From assembly GCA_964014485.1 (NCBI GenBank), contig CAXHAT010000068.1, positions 1-36,576 of the forward strand: DNA of 36,576 bases. Reading direction: 5' to 3'. The translations under genes were made by a program, and so were the position numbers. Below, in pieces: positions 7,663-17,720 of the stretch (position 1 is its first letter; each line of letters begins with the position of its first letter). The notes below the pieces were generated by a model. The model was not told the DNA's origin. It worked only from the letters and a program-made list of their open reading frames with translations, and searched no databases. This DNA comes from an uncultured Deferribacteres bacterium. GTDB lineage: Bacteria; Zhuqueibacterota; Zhuqueibacteria; Zhuqueibacterales; Geothermadaptataceae.

Positions 7663-10600
7663 TTAGTGCCGCCCGGTACAACTGCAAACCGGCGTTTGAA
7701 AACCTTGATCGCCGTCGCCCCAGGAAAATGCGTCACCGGTTTCAGCGCGCTGCCAATGAAACGGCGGGCGCTTCCTGTCATAATTGCCAATTTCGTTCAT
7801 CGTTTCAGCGTCATAAAGCCGTCCGTTGATCATCGTGTACTTGACGAATTCGGTGTTTTGAATATTATCGAGCGGGTTTTTGTCGAGCACCACGAGGTCG
7901 GCCAGTTTGCCTGCTTCAATCGAGCCAAGATGCTCGCCCATACCGATGTATTCCGCGCCGTGCAACGTAGCGCCGCGAATGGCTTGCAGCGGCGTGAATC
8001 CGCCCTGCGCCATCATCCAGACTTCCCAGTGCGCCGCCAAGCCCTGCAACTGGCCGTGCGCGCCGATGTGGACATTCACGCCTTTATCCACCAACTTTTT
8101 CGAAGCTTTCGCGATTTCGATGTGGTGGTAGTCTTCCTCCCCGGCGGCTTTGGGGCGGCGACGGGAGCGTGCATCGACGGTTGCCCTTGGCACGAAATTA
8201 AGCAGGCGCGTTTTTTCCCAAACATTGGTGTGCTCGTACCAATAATATTCCCCGGACAGGCCGCCGTAGGAAACCACATAAGTTGGCGTGTAGGCGGTCT
8301 TACTCGCGCTCCAGAGCGAAAGCACGTCGTTGTAAAGCGGAGCGATTGGGATCGAATGTTCAATGCCGGTGTGGCCGTCGAGAATCATGCTCATGTTGTG
8401 AAAAAACGTCGAGCCGCCTTCGGGAACGACGAGCATTTCCAATTCGCGCGCGGCTTGAATCACCTGCTGGCGCTGGTCGCGACGCGGCTGGTTGTAGCTT
8501 TTCACCGAGAATGCGCCGACAGCCTTCATACGACGCAAATGCGAGCGTGCGTCGTCGAGAGAATTGACCGTAGCTTTAAAATCACCGTCCGCGCCGTAAA
8601 GAATCGTTCCAGTAGAAAAAACGCGCGGGCCAACCATCTTCCCGGCTTTGACCATTTCTGATTGTGAAAAAACGGTTTCTGTATTAGCGGAAGGGTCATG
8701 CGCCGAAGTGACGCCATAGGCCAGATTTGCATAGTACGCCCAATTATTGCGCGGCAAGAGTCCGGAGAAAAAGTGAGCCGCGTGTGCGTGAACGTCGACC
8801 AGACCAGGAATAATCGTCTTGCCCGAAACGTCGATGGTTTTTGCATCGGCAGGCACTGTGACGGCGTCCGAAGCGCCGACCGCAGTGATGCGATTGCCTT
8901 CCACCACAACCACGCCGTTGCCAATGATCTCATCGCCTTTCATCGTGACGATGCGCGCGCCTGTGAGCGCGATTTTACCATCGGGAACGTCTGATTTTAA
9001 ATTCAAATTCAGCGTTACGCCGAGCGTATCCGCCGGAGGCAAACTGTCAGCGGCGCCTTCCACGAATGTGAAAGAATCTTTGAGATCGCGGGTAAAATAT
9101 TGATTTCCGACCGTCCAGTGCAGTTTCTCGCTGTCTCCGCTCCAGTGCAGATAATTTCCAACGTCGCGCGTGACTTGTTTGAGGGGCAGCGATTTGGTGT
9201 TTTTATTAAGAGAAAACTCTTGCCCGAATTTTGCGAACGGCAAAATGTAGGCGTTGAAAAGCTCGGTGAACGCCACCCATTTTTCATCCGGGCTGACTGC
9301 GACGCTGTTGGCGTACTTCATTTTGAAGTGAGAACGTTCTTCCTTGCCGTCGAGCCCGATGCTTTTGAAGTTTTTGTTCAGGCCGCCGCCGCTCATAAAA
9401 TAGACGCGGTCGCCGTTGCTGTTAAAGCTCGGACGCCGCCCGCCGCGACGAATGCGCGTCTGCTCGCCGCCGTTGGAAGAAATCCAGTACAATCCGGGCT
9501 CAAGTCCGTGCGTCGATCCTAGCAAACCATTCCCTGAGCCGCGGTGAAAAACGATTTTCGAGCCGTCTGGTGAAAACGACGGCGTGAGATAATATCCTTT
9601 GCGTTCCGTCAATTTTACCGGCTTGCCGCCGTTGAGTTTGACCTTGTAAATCGCGCCCATTTCTTGATCGTCCCAAGCGGAATAAACCACCCACTGCCCG
9701 TCCGGGCTGAATGACGCGAAGTATTCAAGATGCGCATCTTTGGTCAGGCGTTCGGCCTTGCCATTGGGCATACGCATTTTCCAGATTTGTCCGACGGCGC
9801 CGAAAACGACCCAGTTTCCGTCCGGCGAAGTGCGCACGTCGCGCATCATTTTAACGTCGAAATTTTCAGGATGCGGGTTGTAATTAAAATGCAGCGCTTC
9901 GGTGATTTCTTGCCTCACGTTTACGCTGAACGGAATTTCTTCGGCGGTTTTGGCCTGCACGTCGACCTTCATGATCTTGCCTTTTGCCCAAACGACGATG
10001 TGCTTGTTGTCCGGCGTCCATGCATAGTTTGGGTGCGGCCCAAAAATCGCCCACGCTTCTTGCTGATCTTTCGAAAGTTCTTCGTAGACCGGCCACTGAG
10101 CGCCGGTGGTGAGATCACGCACAAAAAGCACGCTTTTGTAACGAACGCGGCGAACAAAGGACAAATACTTGCCGTCAGGAGAGACTTGCGGGCGAATCGC
10201 ACCACCGCCGCCGCCGATGAAATTGGTCAAATCGCCGGTTTCCAAATCAAGTCGCCGGATCATGTAAATCTGGCCGTACGGATTTTTGTTATACTGAAAA
10301 AAGCGTCCGCCGCTCATATCCTCGCTGAAATAAAGGTAGCGTCCGTCCGGCGAAACAACGGGCTCTCCGGCGTCTTGCTGATCGTTTTTACGTTTGGTGA
10401 GCTGAATGCCGGATCCGCCGGTCGGCACATGATACATCCACATTTCTCCGGCGCCGAGGGAGCGCGTGCTGGTGAAATGTTTGCGGGCGATCAAATACTC
10501 GCCGTCGGGCGTCCACGTTGCGTTGTTGAGCAAACGAAAGGACTCTTTAGAAATCTGTTTAGCGTCGGAACCGTCGCGTTTCATGATCCAAATGTTGTCG

Positions 10601-10944
10601 CCGCCTGCTCGGTCGCTGGTAAAACTGATCCATTGTCCGTCCGGGCTGAAGCGCGGCTGCACTTCATATGCGTGACCGCCGGAAAGCAATTTCGCCTCGC
10701 CGCCGGTCATCGGCATGATGTAAATGTCCCCTAATAAATCGAACGCAATCTCCCCGCCGTCCGGGCTGACGTCGAGGTTTATCCAGGTGCCTTCATTGGT
10801 GGCAAATTCAACCGTTTCAGTCGGCCCTTTGGCTTCAGTAACGTCCCATTTTTTCTTTTTATCCTCTTGGGCCGTCGCAGTCATTGCCGATAATGCAATC
10901 CCAAGCAAGCTTAAAACCGCTGTTTTTTTTATCATCATTTTCAT
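7663..10944 (-). CDS. Secreted amidohydrolase with N-terminal TolB-like (PD40/WD40-like) beta-propeller repeats
   Basis: Signal peptide (AMTATA-Q), repeated PxFSPDG/SPDG units, and a C-terminal amidohydrolase with PGLVDVHAH, VKSY, TGIEH, GAHGQ, GSIEAGKLADLVVL. Confidence 0.92.
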   Translation of the reverse strand: MKMMIKKTAVLSLLGIALSAMTATAQEDKKKKWDVTEAKGPTETVEFATNEGTWINLDVSPDGGEIAFDLLGDIYIMPMTGGEAKLLSGGHAYEVQPRFSPDGQWISFTSDRAGGDNIWIMKRDGSDAKQISKESFRLLNNATWTPDGEYLIARKHFTSTRSLGAGEMWMYHVPTGGSGIQLTKRKNDQQDAGEPVVSPDGRYLYFSEDMSGGRFFQYNKNPYGQIYMIRRLDLETGDLTNFIGGGGGAIRPQVSPDGKYLSFVRRVRYKSVLFVRDLTTGAQWPVYEELSKDQQEAWAIFGPHPNYAWTPDNKHIVVWAKGKIMKVDVQAKTAEEIPFSVNVRQEITEALHFNYNPHPENFDVKMMRDVRTSPDGNWVVFGAVGQIWKMRMPNGKAERLTKDAHLEYFASFSPDGQWVVYSAWDDQEMGAIYKVKLNGGKPVKLTERKGYYLTPSFSPDGSKIVFHRGSGNGLLGSTHGLEPGLYWISSNGGEQTRIRRGGRRPSFNSNGDRVYFMSGGGLNKNFKSIGLDGKEERSHFKMKYANSVAVSPDEKWVAFTELFNAYILPFAKFGQEFSLNKNTKSLPLKQVTRDVGNYLHWSGDSEKLHWTVGNQYFTRDLKDSFTFVEGAADSLPPADTLGVTLNLNLKSDVPDGKIALTGARIVTMKGDEIIGNGVVVVEGNRITAVGASDAVTVPADAKTIDVSGKTIIPGLVDVHAHAAHFFSGLLPRNNWAYYANLAYGVTSAHDPSANTETVFSQSEMVKAGKMVGPRVFSTGTILYGADGDFKATVNSLDDARSHLRRMKAVGAFSVKSYNQPRRDQRQQVIQAARELEMLVVPEGGSTFFHNMSMILDGHTGIEHSIPIAPLYNDVLSLWSASKTAYTPTYVVSYGGLSGEYYWYEHTNVWEKTRLLNFVPRATVDARSRRRPKAAGEEDYHHIEIAKASKKLVDKGVNVHIGAHGQLQGLAAHWEVWMMAQGGFTPLQAIRGATLHGAEYIGMGEHLGSIEAGKLADLVVLDKNPLDNIQNTEFVKYTMINGRLYDAETMNEIGNYDRKRPPFHWQRAETGDAFSWGDGDQGFQTPVCSCTGRH

Positions 10945-11121
10945 CGGAAAACTCCATTTGGTCGTGTCAGAAGCATTGTCTTCGGAAAGGGTTAAAAATA
11001 GGCGGAGATTCGGTTGGAATCAAAAGTTTTGCGACAGAGGGAGACGCAAATTTTTCTTGTTTATCATTGCTTCGGCGCTATTTTAGAAAAAACAATCAAG
11101 ACACAAGATATGAGGCAAAAT

Positions 11122-11424
11122 ATGGCGGCGAATATCGGCGAATACATAGAATGTACTCCAGAAATTCTTGGCGGCAGGCCAAGACTTTCCGGAACAAGGA
11201 TTTCAGTTCGCTCTATTGTTGGTTGGTATAAAAAAGGCTACAGCCCAGAAGAAATTTCTGATCAGTTTGAGCGTCCGGCAGCGGAACTACTCCCAAAAGT
11301 TTACGCTGCATTATCTTATTATCATGCTAACAAAGATAAAATTGAAGCAGATGTTCAAGCAGAAAACGCGGCTTATAAAAATGCCCGTTTAGCATCCGAG
11401 AAAAACCATCAGAACACACTGTGA
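11122..11424 (+). CDS. DUF433-family putative antitoxin
   Basis: IECTPEILGGRPRLSGTRISVRSIV...GYSPEEI...VYAALSYY is the DUF433 pattern. Start placed at ATG 11122 behind GAGG rather than at the track start 11014. Confidence 0.9.
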   Translation: MAANIGEYIECTPEILGGRPRLSGTRISVRSIVGWYKKGYSPEEISDQFERPAAELLPKVYAALSYYHANKDKIEADVQAENAAYKNARLASEKNHQNTL

Positions 11425-11780
11425 AAATCAGTTTGTATATTGACGAAGACGCCATGTCTCGTGCGTTGATTAGAGGCTTACGAGCTCGCGGCATTGACGT
11501 AAAGACAGTCAGCGAAGCAAATCGAATCGGCCTTTCTGATCTCGAACAGTTATTATTCGCACACAAGGAAAGACGAACCATTTTAACGAGTAATATTTCT
11601 GATTTCTGCACAATTCACAGTGAGTTTATGAAGAGCGGCAAAGATCATTCTGGAATAATTTTAATGCCCCAACAAAAATATTCCATCGGCGAACAAATTC
11701 GGCGATTAGCAACTTTAATAACCGCTCAAACTTCACTGGAAATCAAAAACCAGATTTTGTTCATTAGCGATTGGGGTTAG
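11421..11780 (+). CDS. DUF5615-family PIN-like putative toxin (VapC45-like)
   Basis: LYIDED, LRARGIDV, SDLEQL, ILTSNISDF, HSGII. It overlaps the antitoxin stop by 4 nt (GTGA). Confidence 0.88.
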   Translation: MKISLYIDEDAMSRALIRGLRARGIDVKTVSEANRIGLSDLEQLLFAHKERRTILTSNISDFCTIHSEFMKSGKDHSGIILMPQQKYSIGEQIRRLATLITAQTSLEIKNQILFISDWG

Positions 11781-11920
11781 AGCGTATTTGGAAAGTCCTA
11801 AATTGTCATGCTGTAAGCATCTTTTTTAGACTTTTCCGCAACAACTGTCGGAACGTTCATGCCTGGCGACCCAAAAAGATTCCTACGGAATGACAAGACA
11901 GGGACTTTCCAAATACGCTC
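11780..11920. mobile_element. 141-bp MITE/REPIN-like element, copy 1
   Basis: Perfect 19-bp terminal inverted repeats GAGCGTATTTGGAAAGTCC (11780-11798) and GGACTTTCCAAATACGCTC (11902-11920), flanked by a TTA direct repeat (11777-79, 11921-23). Internal imperfect inverted repeat 11803-11826 / 11873-11896. Confidence 0.8.
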
Positions 11921-11970
11921 TTAGAAAAATGGTGATAAAAATACTCAAAATGGAATCCGCCACACACCTT

Positions 11971-14900
11971 TTACTCTGACCGCAAAGCATTCAGCAAGGG
12001 CAGCTTGAGAATCACTGCAACGGCAAAAGCTCCTGCAAGCAGCCCAATCAACAAAACCGCGACGAGCGTTACGACTAAGCTCCCCCACGGCGTTTGCGCC
12101 GTCGTTCCGGCAATGTGCGGAAAGACGGCGATGAGCGCTGCAACCGCCCCGATAAGAATCCCCAATAAAATCAAAAATCCGTTTTCAAACTGAAGAATTG
12201 ACGAAAGCTTGGTGCTCCGAAAGCCGAAAGCGCGCATGGTAGCCAACTCTTTTTTGCGCTCAACAGCGTTGCGAAAAAGCACAATTGCCAGACCGATGGT
12301 GCCGAGCAAAAGCCCCAACCCGCCAAGCGTTTGGAATACGGCCATGTAAGTATTTTCCACCGCTTGGTAACTGGCGAGTCTTTCAGCAACCGGGGTCGCG
12401 TCGAAACCGTAATCTTCAAGATTTTTTTCGAGTATCTGCGCGACGGATGGCACATCTTGTATTTTCGGAGCGAACAAGAAATACGCGTTGCCGCTTTGCG
12501 TGGGAAAATGCCGAATGAAATTCTCTTCCGAAATCAAGACTTCGCTTTGAAAAAGGCTCTTGTTTAAAACGCCCGCCAGACGCAACCGCACCTCGCGCCC
12601 ATACTCGTTTTGCATGACAATGTCTTCCCCGACGCCGACTTTCAAAATATAAGTCGCTGAATTGGCGTCAGCAAAAGCGGGAATAATATCATCACCCAAG
12701 TCTTCCGTCAACAAGCCCCAGGAATGCGTTTCAGTTCCCGTTTGTCCCGCACCCGCGGCTCCAAATCCGCCGCGTTGAAGTAGTGCATTCGGTACGCCAA
12801 GTACGCGCGGCTTTTCCGGCTTGTAGAGATTCAGGCAGCTCGCGTCTTCACCCGGCAGCAAACGCAGTGCGTACGATTCGAGACTGTCCAGCACTTTCGA
12901 GTCACGGCTGCTGAAACCAAGGTCGAAACGTCCATCGTCGGAATTCAAATCGGAAAGCAGCGGAATGTCCGCCTCGGCCATGAGGGTGAATCCGCCGGAG
13001 CCGGCGTTTTTGTTTTCCACCGCAGCGCTAAAGTCGCTCTGGTTCGCCCCCACCGCAACGATCATGAAACAGGCGCAAGCAACGAGCGCCACGCTTAACA
13101 AACTACGTCCCGGAAATAACGCGGCGTTGCGCTTCGACATGGCGGAAGTTCGGAATGCGACAGAGGCATTTTGCTCAGTGCGCCGGTTGCTCTTTAGCCA
13201 AATCGAAAAAAATGATAATCCGGAAATGAGCAGCAACGCTCCGCTCGTTCCGAAAATCATCGCAGAGCCGTCAATTTGCAAAATCAACGCCGTTGCCACA
13301 AGAACCAGGGATAAAACGAGGCTCCCCACGCTTAGTTTTTTAACGAACTTACCGGTTTTTATCGCGGGCAGTTCAGTCACGCCTCGCAAAAGAGCGGGCG
13401 CGGGCACACGCCCCAATTTTCTGATCGTCCACCACACCGAGAAGAGGATGATCAGGATCGAGCCGATGTAGCCAATGGCCAAACTTAACGGCGTGATGTG
13501 CAAAAAAAGAAAGGGCGCGCCTACAGCACCAATCCACCACGTGCGCAGGCCGTACATGATCACGCTGGAATAAGCGATTGCGCCAAGCAACCCCAAGAAG
13601 CAACCGATTCCTGCGATCACCAAAGTTTCTTTGTAGAACATGCCGCGAATGCGCTTTTGCTCGTAGCCCGTCGCCAGCAAAACCCCAATTTCACTTGCGC
13701 GTTGCTCAACTCCCAGCCGGAAAAGTAACCCCACGAGCAGAGCCGCTGAAACGAGCAGAAACATGCTCATGCCAAAAAACAATCCGGCGAAATCCGTGGC
13801 GCCTGCGGAAGCTTGCAACCCCGCCTTTTTCACTGGCTGGAAACGCAGCCCCGCTTGCTCGGGCGTAAATCGCTCGAGCAGGCTTTTTTCAAATGCTGCA
13901 CGCGTTGTCTGCAAATCGTCGCCCGGCGTTGGCGCGATTCGCACCATCGTTAAATGCCCGAATCGGCTTTTCCAAAGTTTTTGTCCCGTCGCCGCGGAGA
14001 CAAACGCTTTGGGTGTGCCGCGAAAATCATCCCAGTAAACTTCGTCTTTGTCTCGAATCAGGCTGAAATCTACCGGGAAAGTCGGCTCCCAATCCGCCAT
14101 ATTTTCCGCACCGGAAACGCCGGGAAAATCTGGAGCCAACGTGCGGTCGCCGGAAAGCCCGAAGAGCGGCAAGACGCCCTTGAGCTTAAAACTCACAGTG
14201 TCAACGGCAAGCTCGCCGCGCAGGCCGACGTCAAAATAGCTCACGTCGATTTTGTCACCGACGTTTGCGTTCAAATCCTGTGCAGCCCAGACGTTCAGGT
14301 AAATTTCATCGTCGGAGAGCGCGGGAGCACTAGCACCGTTTTGTAAGCTGAGATTCCCAAAAGCGGCTTCTTCCGGCGGGTCGAACGCGACGATGGTAGA
14401 ATAAGGCGTCATCCGCCCGTTCGCGTTAATTTCGTTAGCGAGATATGTCAGGATTGGGTGAGACGGCGCTTGCAAACTGTCGGCAATTGCAATCGCAAGG
14501 CTTGAAATTTCTTCTTTGAGGACAAATTCTACGCTCTCAAGAGAAAGAAAATTCTCCTGTACATTTAGTTTTAGGCCCAAATCCACCAGGCTCACGGCGC
14601 TTTTGAGCGCTTGCTGTAATTGACCAACCTTGCCGTCGCTTTCAATTTTAAAATTCTGTTCAGTCGCGAAAACGCCGTTTACGGAACCAGGCTGTTCGAG
14701 ACGATCTTGCAGTTCAGGAAGCGCCAGAAAAGCGTTAAAAGGCAAGCTTTGGTGAGGCCGGAGACCAAATCGTCCCAAGCCTTCGTCCGGGGTAATTCGG
14801 GCGACTTTTGCGCGCATTGAGCGCACAACGTCAGCGGTTTCTTTGTTGCCGAAAAGCGATTCACGATGCACTTCACTCTGACGCTGTAATGCCAGCACAA

Positions 14901-15399
14901 TGAAATCGCCGACTTCCACGCCAAGCTCCTTTTGCAGCGCCTGATTGATAACGATACTCGGAAAGGCGCCGTTGTTTTCCTTCAATACGCTTAGCCAATC
15001 CGGCGCATTGTTGGGTTGAGAGCGATAGAACAGATCGAAAGCGCGCTCGTCAAGTCCCATAACCGTTACGTCTGAAGCTCGCGTTTTTGTTTTGGCGTTG
15101 ACCGCCGATCCTGAGATCAAAATGAGCGGTGCGGCTTCCGCAAAATCTTCGGAAAATTCAGGAGTTTTTGCCAAATCATCGACCAAGGTTTCCCGGAAAT
15201 AGCGATCGGCCACCAAGGCGTGATCAATTCCTCCCAACCGATTCAAGGTGAGGTCTCGCAGGCTGCCGCGTACGGAATCGCCGACGAAGAGAGCGCCGGT
15301 TAAAACGGCGGTGGTTACAGCAGCGCCCAGAGCGACGGCGAAATTTATTCGCCAGTGATATTTTAAGCTTTTTTTCATAAATACATTACGCTGGTTCAA
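11971..15399 (-). CDS. Large ABC transporter permease, FtsX/MacB-like, duplicated architecture
   Basis: N-terminal YHWRINFAVALG...TGALFVGDSVRGSL and two FtsX-type motifs (EQRASEIGVLLATG; ERKKELATMRAFG), each followed by TM bundles. TTG start. Confidence 0.9.
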   Translation of the reverse strand: MNQRNVFMKKSLKYHWRINFAVALGAAVTTAVLTGALFVGDSVRGSLRDLTLNRLGGIDHALVADRYFRETLVDDLAKTPEFSEDFAEAAPLILISGSAVNAKTKTRASDVTVMGLDERAFDLFYRSQPNNAPDWLSVLKENNGAFPSIVINQALQKELGVEVGDFIVLALQRQSEVHRESLFGNKETADVVRSMRAKVARITPDEGLGRFGLRPHQSLPFNAFLALPELQDRLEQPGSVNGVFATEQNFKIESDGKVGQLQQALKSAVSLVDLGLKLNVQENFLSLESVEFVLKEEISSLAIAIADSLQAPSHPILTYLANEINANGRMTPYSTIVAFDPPEEAAFGNLSLQNGASAPALSDDEIYLNVWAAQDLNANVGDKIDVSYFDVGLRGELAVDTVSFKLKGVLPLFGLSGDRTLAPDFPGVSGAENMADWEPTFPVDFSLIRDKDEVYWDDFRGTPKAFVSAATGQKLWKSRFGHLTMVRIAPTPGDDLQTTRAAFEKSLLERFTPEQAGLRFQPVKKAGLQASAGATDFAGLFFGMSMFLLVSAALLVGLLFRLGVEQRASEIGVLLATGYEQKRIRGMFYKETLVIAGIGCFLGLLGAIAYSSVIMYGLRTWWIGAVGAPFLFLHITPLSLAIGYIGSILIILFSVWWTIRKLGRVPAPALLRGVTELPAIKTGKFVKKLSVGSLVLSLVLVATALILQIDGSAMIFGTSGALLLISGLSFFSIWLKSNRRTEQNASVAFRTSAMSKRNAALFPGRSLLSVALVACACFMIVAVGANQSDFSAAVENKNAGSGGFTLMAEADIPLLSDLNSDDGRFDLGFSSRDSKVLDSLESYALRLLPGEDASCLNLYKPEKPRVLGVPNALLQRGGFGAAGAGQTGTETHSWGLLTEDLGDDIIPAFADANSATYILKVGVGEDIVMQNEYGREVRLRLAGVLNKSLFQSEVLISEENFIRHFPTQSGNAYFLFAPKIQDVPSVAQILEKNLEDYGFDATPVAERLASYQAVENTYMAVFQTLGGLGLLLGTIGLAIVLFRNAVERKKELATMRAFGFRSTKLSSILQFENGFLILLGILIGAVAALIAVFPHIAGTTAQTPWGSLVVTLVAVLLIGLLAGAFAVAVILKLPLLNALRSE

Positions 15400-15423
15400 G
15401 CACGCGGCGCCTTCAATTTCTTT

Positions 15424-15762
15424 TTATTTTGCTAAGGATGGCCGTGCGGCCCCATGAACAAGAATGAAGACCGTCCCGGCGCCATAAACGAAAAGATGCA
15501 GCGCAAAATCTCCGATTATGGCATGGGCGATTATAGCCACAAGAAACACCAAACACAGGGTAATCCCGCCCACTCTCAAAGTTGCCGGGATAACAAACAA
15601 AACGGCCGCAACAGCTTCTACGCTCGCAAGAGCAAACAGCGGCCAATTAACGCCCAACTCAGCCCCAAATGCTTCAAGAGCCGTCACAACGCTTTGGAAG
15701 AAGACCACGCTTGCCAGAGTCAGGTGGAAACCAACGAAAGCTCTTCCCAAGGTTTGATTCAT
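15424..15762 (-). CDS. Small membrane protein, DoxX-like
   Basis: 112 aa with four hydrophobic segments, LASVEAVAAVLFVIPATLRVGG...AIIAH. RBS GAGG upstream. Confidence 0.75.
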   Translation of the reverse strand: MNQTLGRAFVGFHLTLASVVFFQSVVTALEAFGAELGVNWPLFALASVEAVAAVLFVIPATLRVGGITLCLVFLVAIIAHAIIGDFALHLFVYGAGTVFILVHGAARPSLAK

Positions 15763-15779
15763 CTCGTTTCCTCAATCAT

Positions 15780-16205
15780 TTAATCATCATAGATTGGAAT
15801 AGGATCAAGGTTTGGCTGAACAAATCCTGCACGAGCCTCATCCGAAAAAAGGACTTCGGTCGAATAATGCGTCATCATGATTTTTGAATCGAGCATTTCG
15901 GGGTTCCTGGAAATCAGCTCATCTGCGGAGTTGCAGCCTTCCGTTTTGTTCATGAAATGACGGACCGCCAGAATCCAGGCTCTTGTCAGCGTCTCGTGAT
16001 ATTTCGTCGGGTCAACTTTATTGTGCTCAAGGAATCGTTGTAACGAACTTCGTATTAGCTCAATAGACGATTCCGTGTTGTTCTCGGACAAGTAAACGTA
16101 GGCGAGACGCAAGTGCTCTTTGTGATTAAATTCTGCAGCCGGAAACTCACAGGCTTCAAACTGCTTCTTGAATTCTTGATCCTTTTTTGAATTTGAGTGT
16201 TTCAT
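15780..16205 (-). CDS. Conserved-looking hypothetical protein (FNHxxHLRLA / KYHETLT motifs)
   Basis: His/Tyr-rich motifs EFNHKEHLRLAYVYL, KYHETLTRAW, HYS...LFSDEAR..FVQPNL. ATG 16205 follows AGGGG. Confidence 0.8.
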   Translation of the reverse strand: MKHSNSKKDQEFKKQFEACEFPAAEFNHKEHLRLAYVYLSENNTESSIELIRSSLQRFLEHNKVDPTKYHETLTRAWILAVRHFMNKTEGCNSADELISRNPEMLDSKIMMTHYSTEVLFSDEARAGFVQPNLDPIPIYDD

Positions 16206-16260
16206 ATCCCCTAATGCTTTTAAGATGCTCACTTTGCAACTTTAGCTAATAAAATAGAGA

Positions 16261-16842
16261 TTAGTGATGTTTCAGTTTCTTACCTGTTTTGAGGTAATGA
16301 TTGATTGGCACTTCCCAATTCTTTAAGTCTTTGGAATACATGTGCTGAAGCGCTTTTTCATTTATGGCATTTCCGCTTTCAGTAAGACCGGTATATGTGT
16401 AAGTAATTTCTGCATCTGTCTTTTGGCTGTTAGTATTTTCACTACATTGAATGGTTATATTCCACAGTCGTTCCGTTGTAAAAACCGTATATTCAATCAA
16501 TGATTGCTCTGGCATGTATTTCGTTATCATCCATGTATAACTTGATTCTCCATGGCTATGAGATTTTGTCTTAAATACCATATGTTCTTCCACTAAATTT
16601 GTGGTTGAATAGACTATTTCCGGATTCCATCCATCAGCCCATTCTTTTTCCTTTATCGGGCCAAACAGTGGAAATACTCTCTCTAATGGAGCGTCAAGAG
16701 TAATAGTGCTTGTTCTTGATACACGTTTCGATTCAAAACTTTGGGCCGTCAAATTCTCCCCCGACTTTTTATTGCTGCTAAAATGGCCATAATTTACTGT
16801 GCTAAACAGCAGAATCATAGATAGACATAAAATGTTTTTCAT
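16261..16842 (-). CDS. Secreted SRPBCC/START-like fold protein
   Basis: Signal-peptide-like N-terminus, then TITLDAPLERVFPLFGP..EKEWADGW, a beta-strand series and a C-terminal helix. RBS GGAG. Very AT-rich. Confidence 0.75.
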   Translation of the reverse strand: MKNILCLSMILLFSTVNYGHFSSNKKSGENLTAQSFESKRVSRTSTITLDAPLERVFPLFGPIKEKEWADGWNPEIVYSTTNLVEEHMVFKTKSHSHGESSYTWMITKYMPEQSLIEYTVFTTERLWNITIQCSENTNSQKTDAEITYTYTGLTESGNAINEKALQHMYSKDLKNWEVPINHYLKTGKKLKHH

Positions 16843-16959
16843 TAAAATGAATCTCCATGTTTATTGGGAACGATTTTTAACCTTCGCCATGAATCCAAGA
16901 AAATTGTTAGAATTGAAACTCGTTTATAAATATGTTTTCAGCGCGGAAAATCGCAGCAT

Positions 16960-17394
16960 CTAAAGCCGTTCATTGTCTTGACAACTTTGATTCGATGGAG
17001 GTATCGAGTAAGTGCCAACAACGTGGGCTACAGGTTCCGTATCACCGTCAGAGTACAATGCGACTTGGCCGACAACCAATGATTTACCTGTTTTCAGCAA
17101 CTTGCACTCACCTATGACATCCTTATCAGGTTCAGGCCTTCTAAGAAAATTGATCGACAGGTTGGTTGTTACAGCAAGCGGGACTAAACCAATTTCGCTC
17201 AGAATAGCTACGTAGAGAGCAACATCAGCTACTGCCATTAAAACCGGGCCGGAAACTGTGCCGCCAGGACGCAATTCATCAAAACCGATCGCATGTCTGA
17301 CGGTTGCAGATTGATCTCCAACCTCCTCAACAGTGCACTTTGTTTGAGGAAATTCAGATATCAAAAAATCCCTCACTTTTTCCTTCGACATCAC
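16960..17394 (-). CDS. PaaI-family thioesterase (hotdog fold)
   Basis: LRPGGTVSGPVLMAVADVALY, AVTTNLSINFLR, GKSLVVG, VAHVVGTY. Confidence 0.9.
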   Translation of the reverse strand: MMSKEKVRDFLISEFPQTKCTVEEVGDQSATVRHAIGFDELRPGGTVSGPVLMAVADVALYVAILSEIGLVPLAVTTNLSINFLRRPEPDKDVIGECKLLKTGKSLVVGQVALYSDGDTEPVAHVVGTYSIPPSNQSCQDNERL

Positions 17395-17449
17395 GATGGC
17401 TACACAAAAGCTAATGGTCCGTCTGCTCTTCCTTCAAAGATGGCATTTT

Positions 17450-17698
17450 TTATTCTTCGGATAGTTTATGACTGTCTTCGGCTGTTAAATCCAACCCATA
17501 GACCTTTTTCATTGTCTCAATCACGGCAAGGGTATCCGCTCCAAAAGGCGTCTTACCCTCAAAACTGTGGAGCACGATGCCTTCGATTAAATCACCGAGC
17601 GTTATTTCATGATGAGTAGCTACGGCTTTTAAAACTTTTAAAATCCGTTTCTCAATTCGCACTCCGGTTTGAACGCGTTCGACCTTTTTGGGGGGCAT
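17450..17698 (-). CDS. Small protein with predicted ribbon-helix-helix DNA-binding N-terminus
   Basis: RVQTGVRIE (alternating strand), KRILKVLKAVATHH (helix A), EITLGDLIEGIVL (turn plus helix B). First gene behind a strong promoter. Confidence 0.75.
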   Translation of the reverse strand: MPPKKVERVQTGVRIEKRILKVLKAVATHHEITLGDLIEGIVLHSFEGKTPFGADTLAVIETMKKVYGLDLTAEDSHKLSEE

Positions 17699-17720
17699 AA
17701 TTAGAAAACCTTTTGGTTAC

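Noticed and set aside
7225..8661. 478-aa plus-strand ORF and other long antisense ORFs (6472..7146, 9730..10734, 23511..24281, 35814..36389)
   Set aside because: They lie antisense to well-supported genes, lack recognisable motifs, and have the composition typical of shadow frames.
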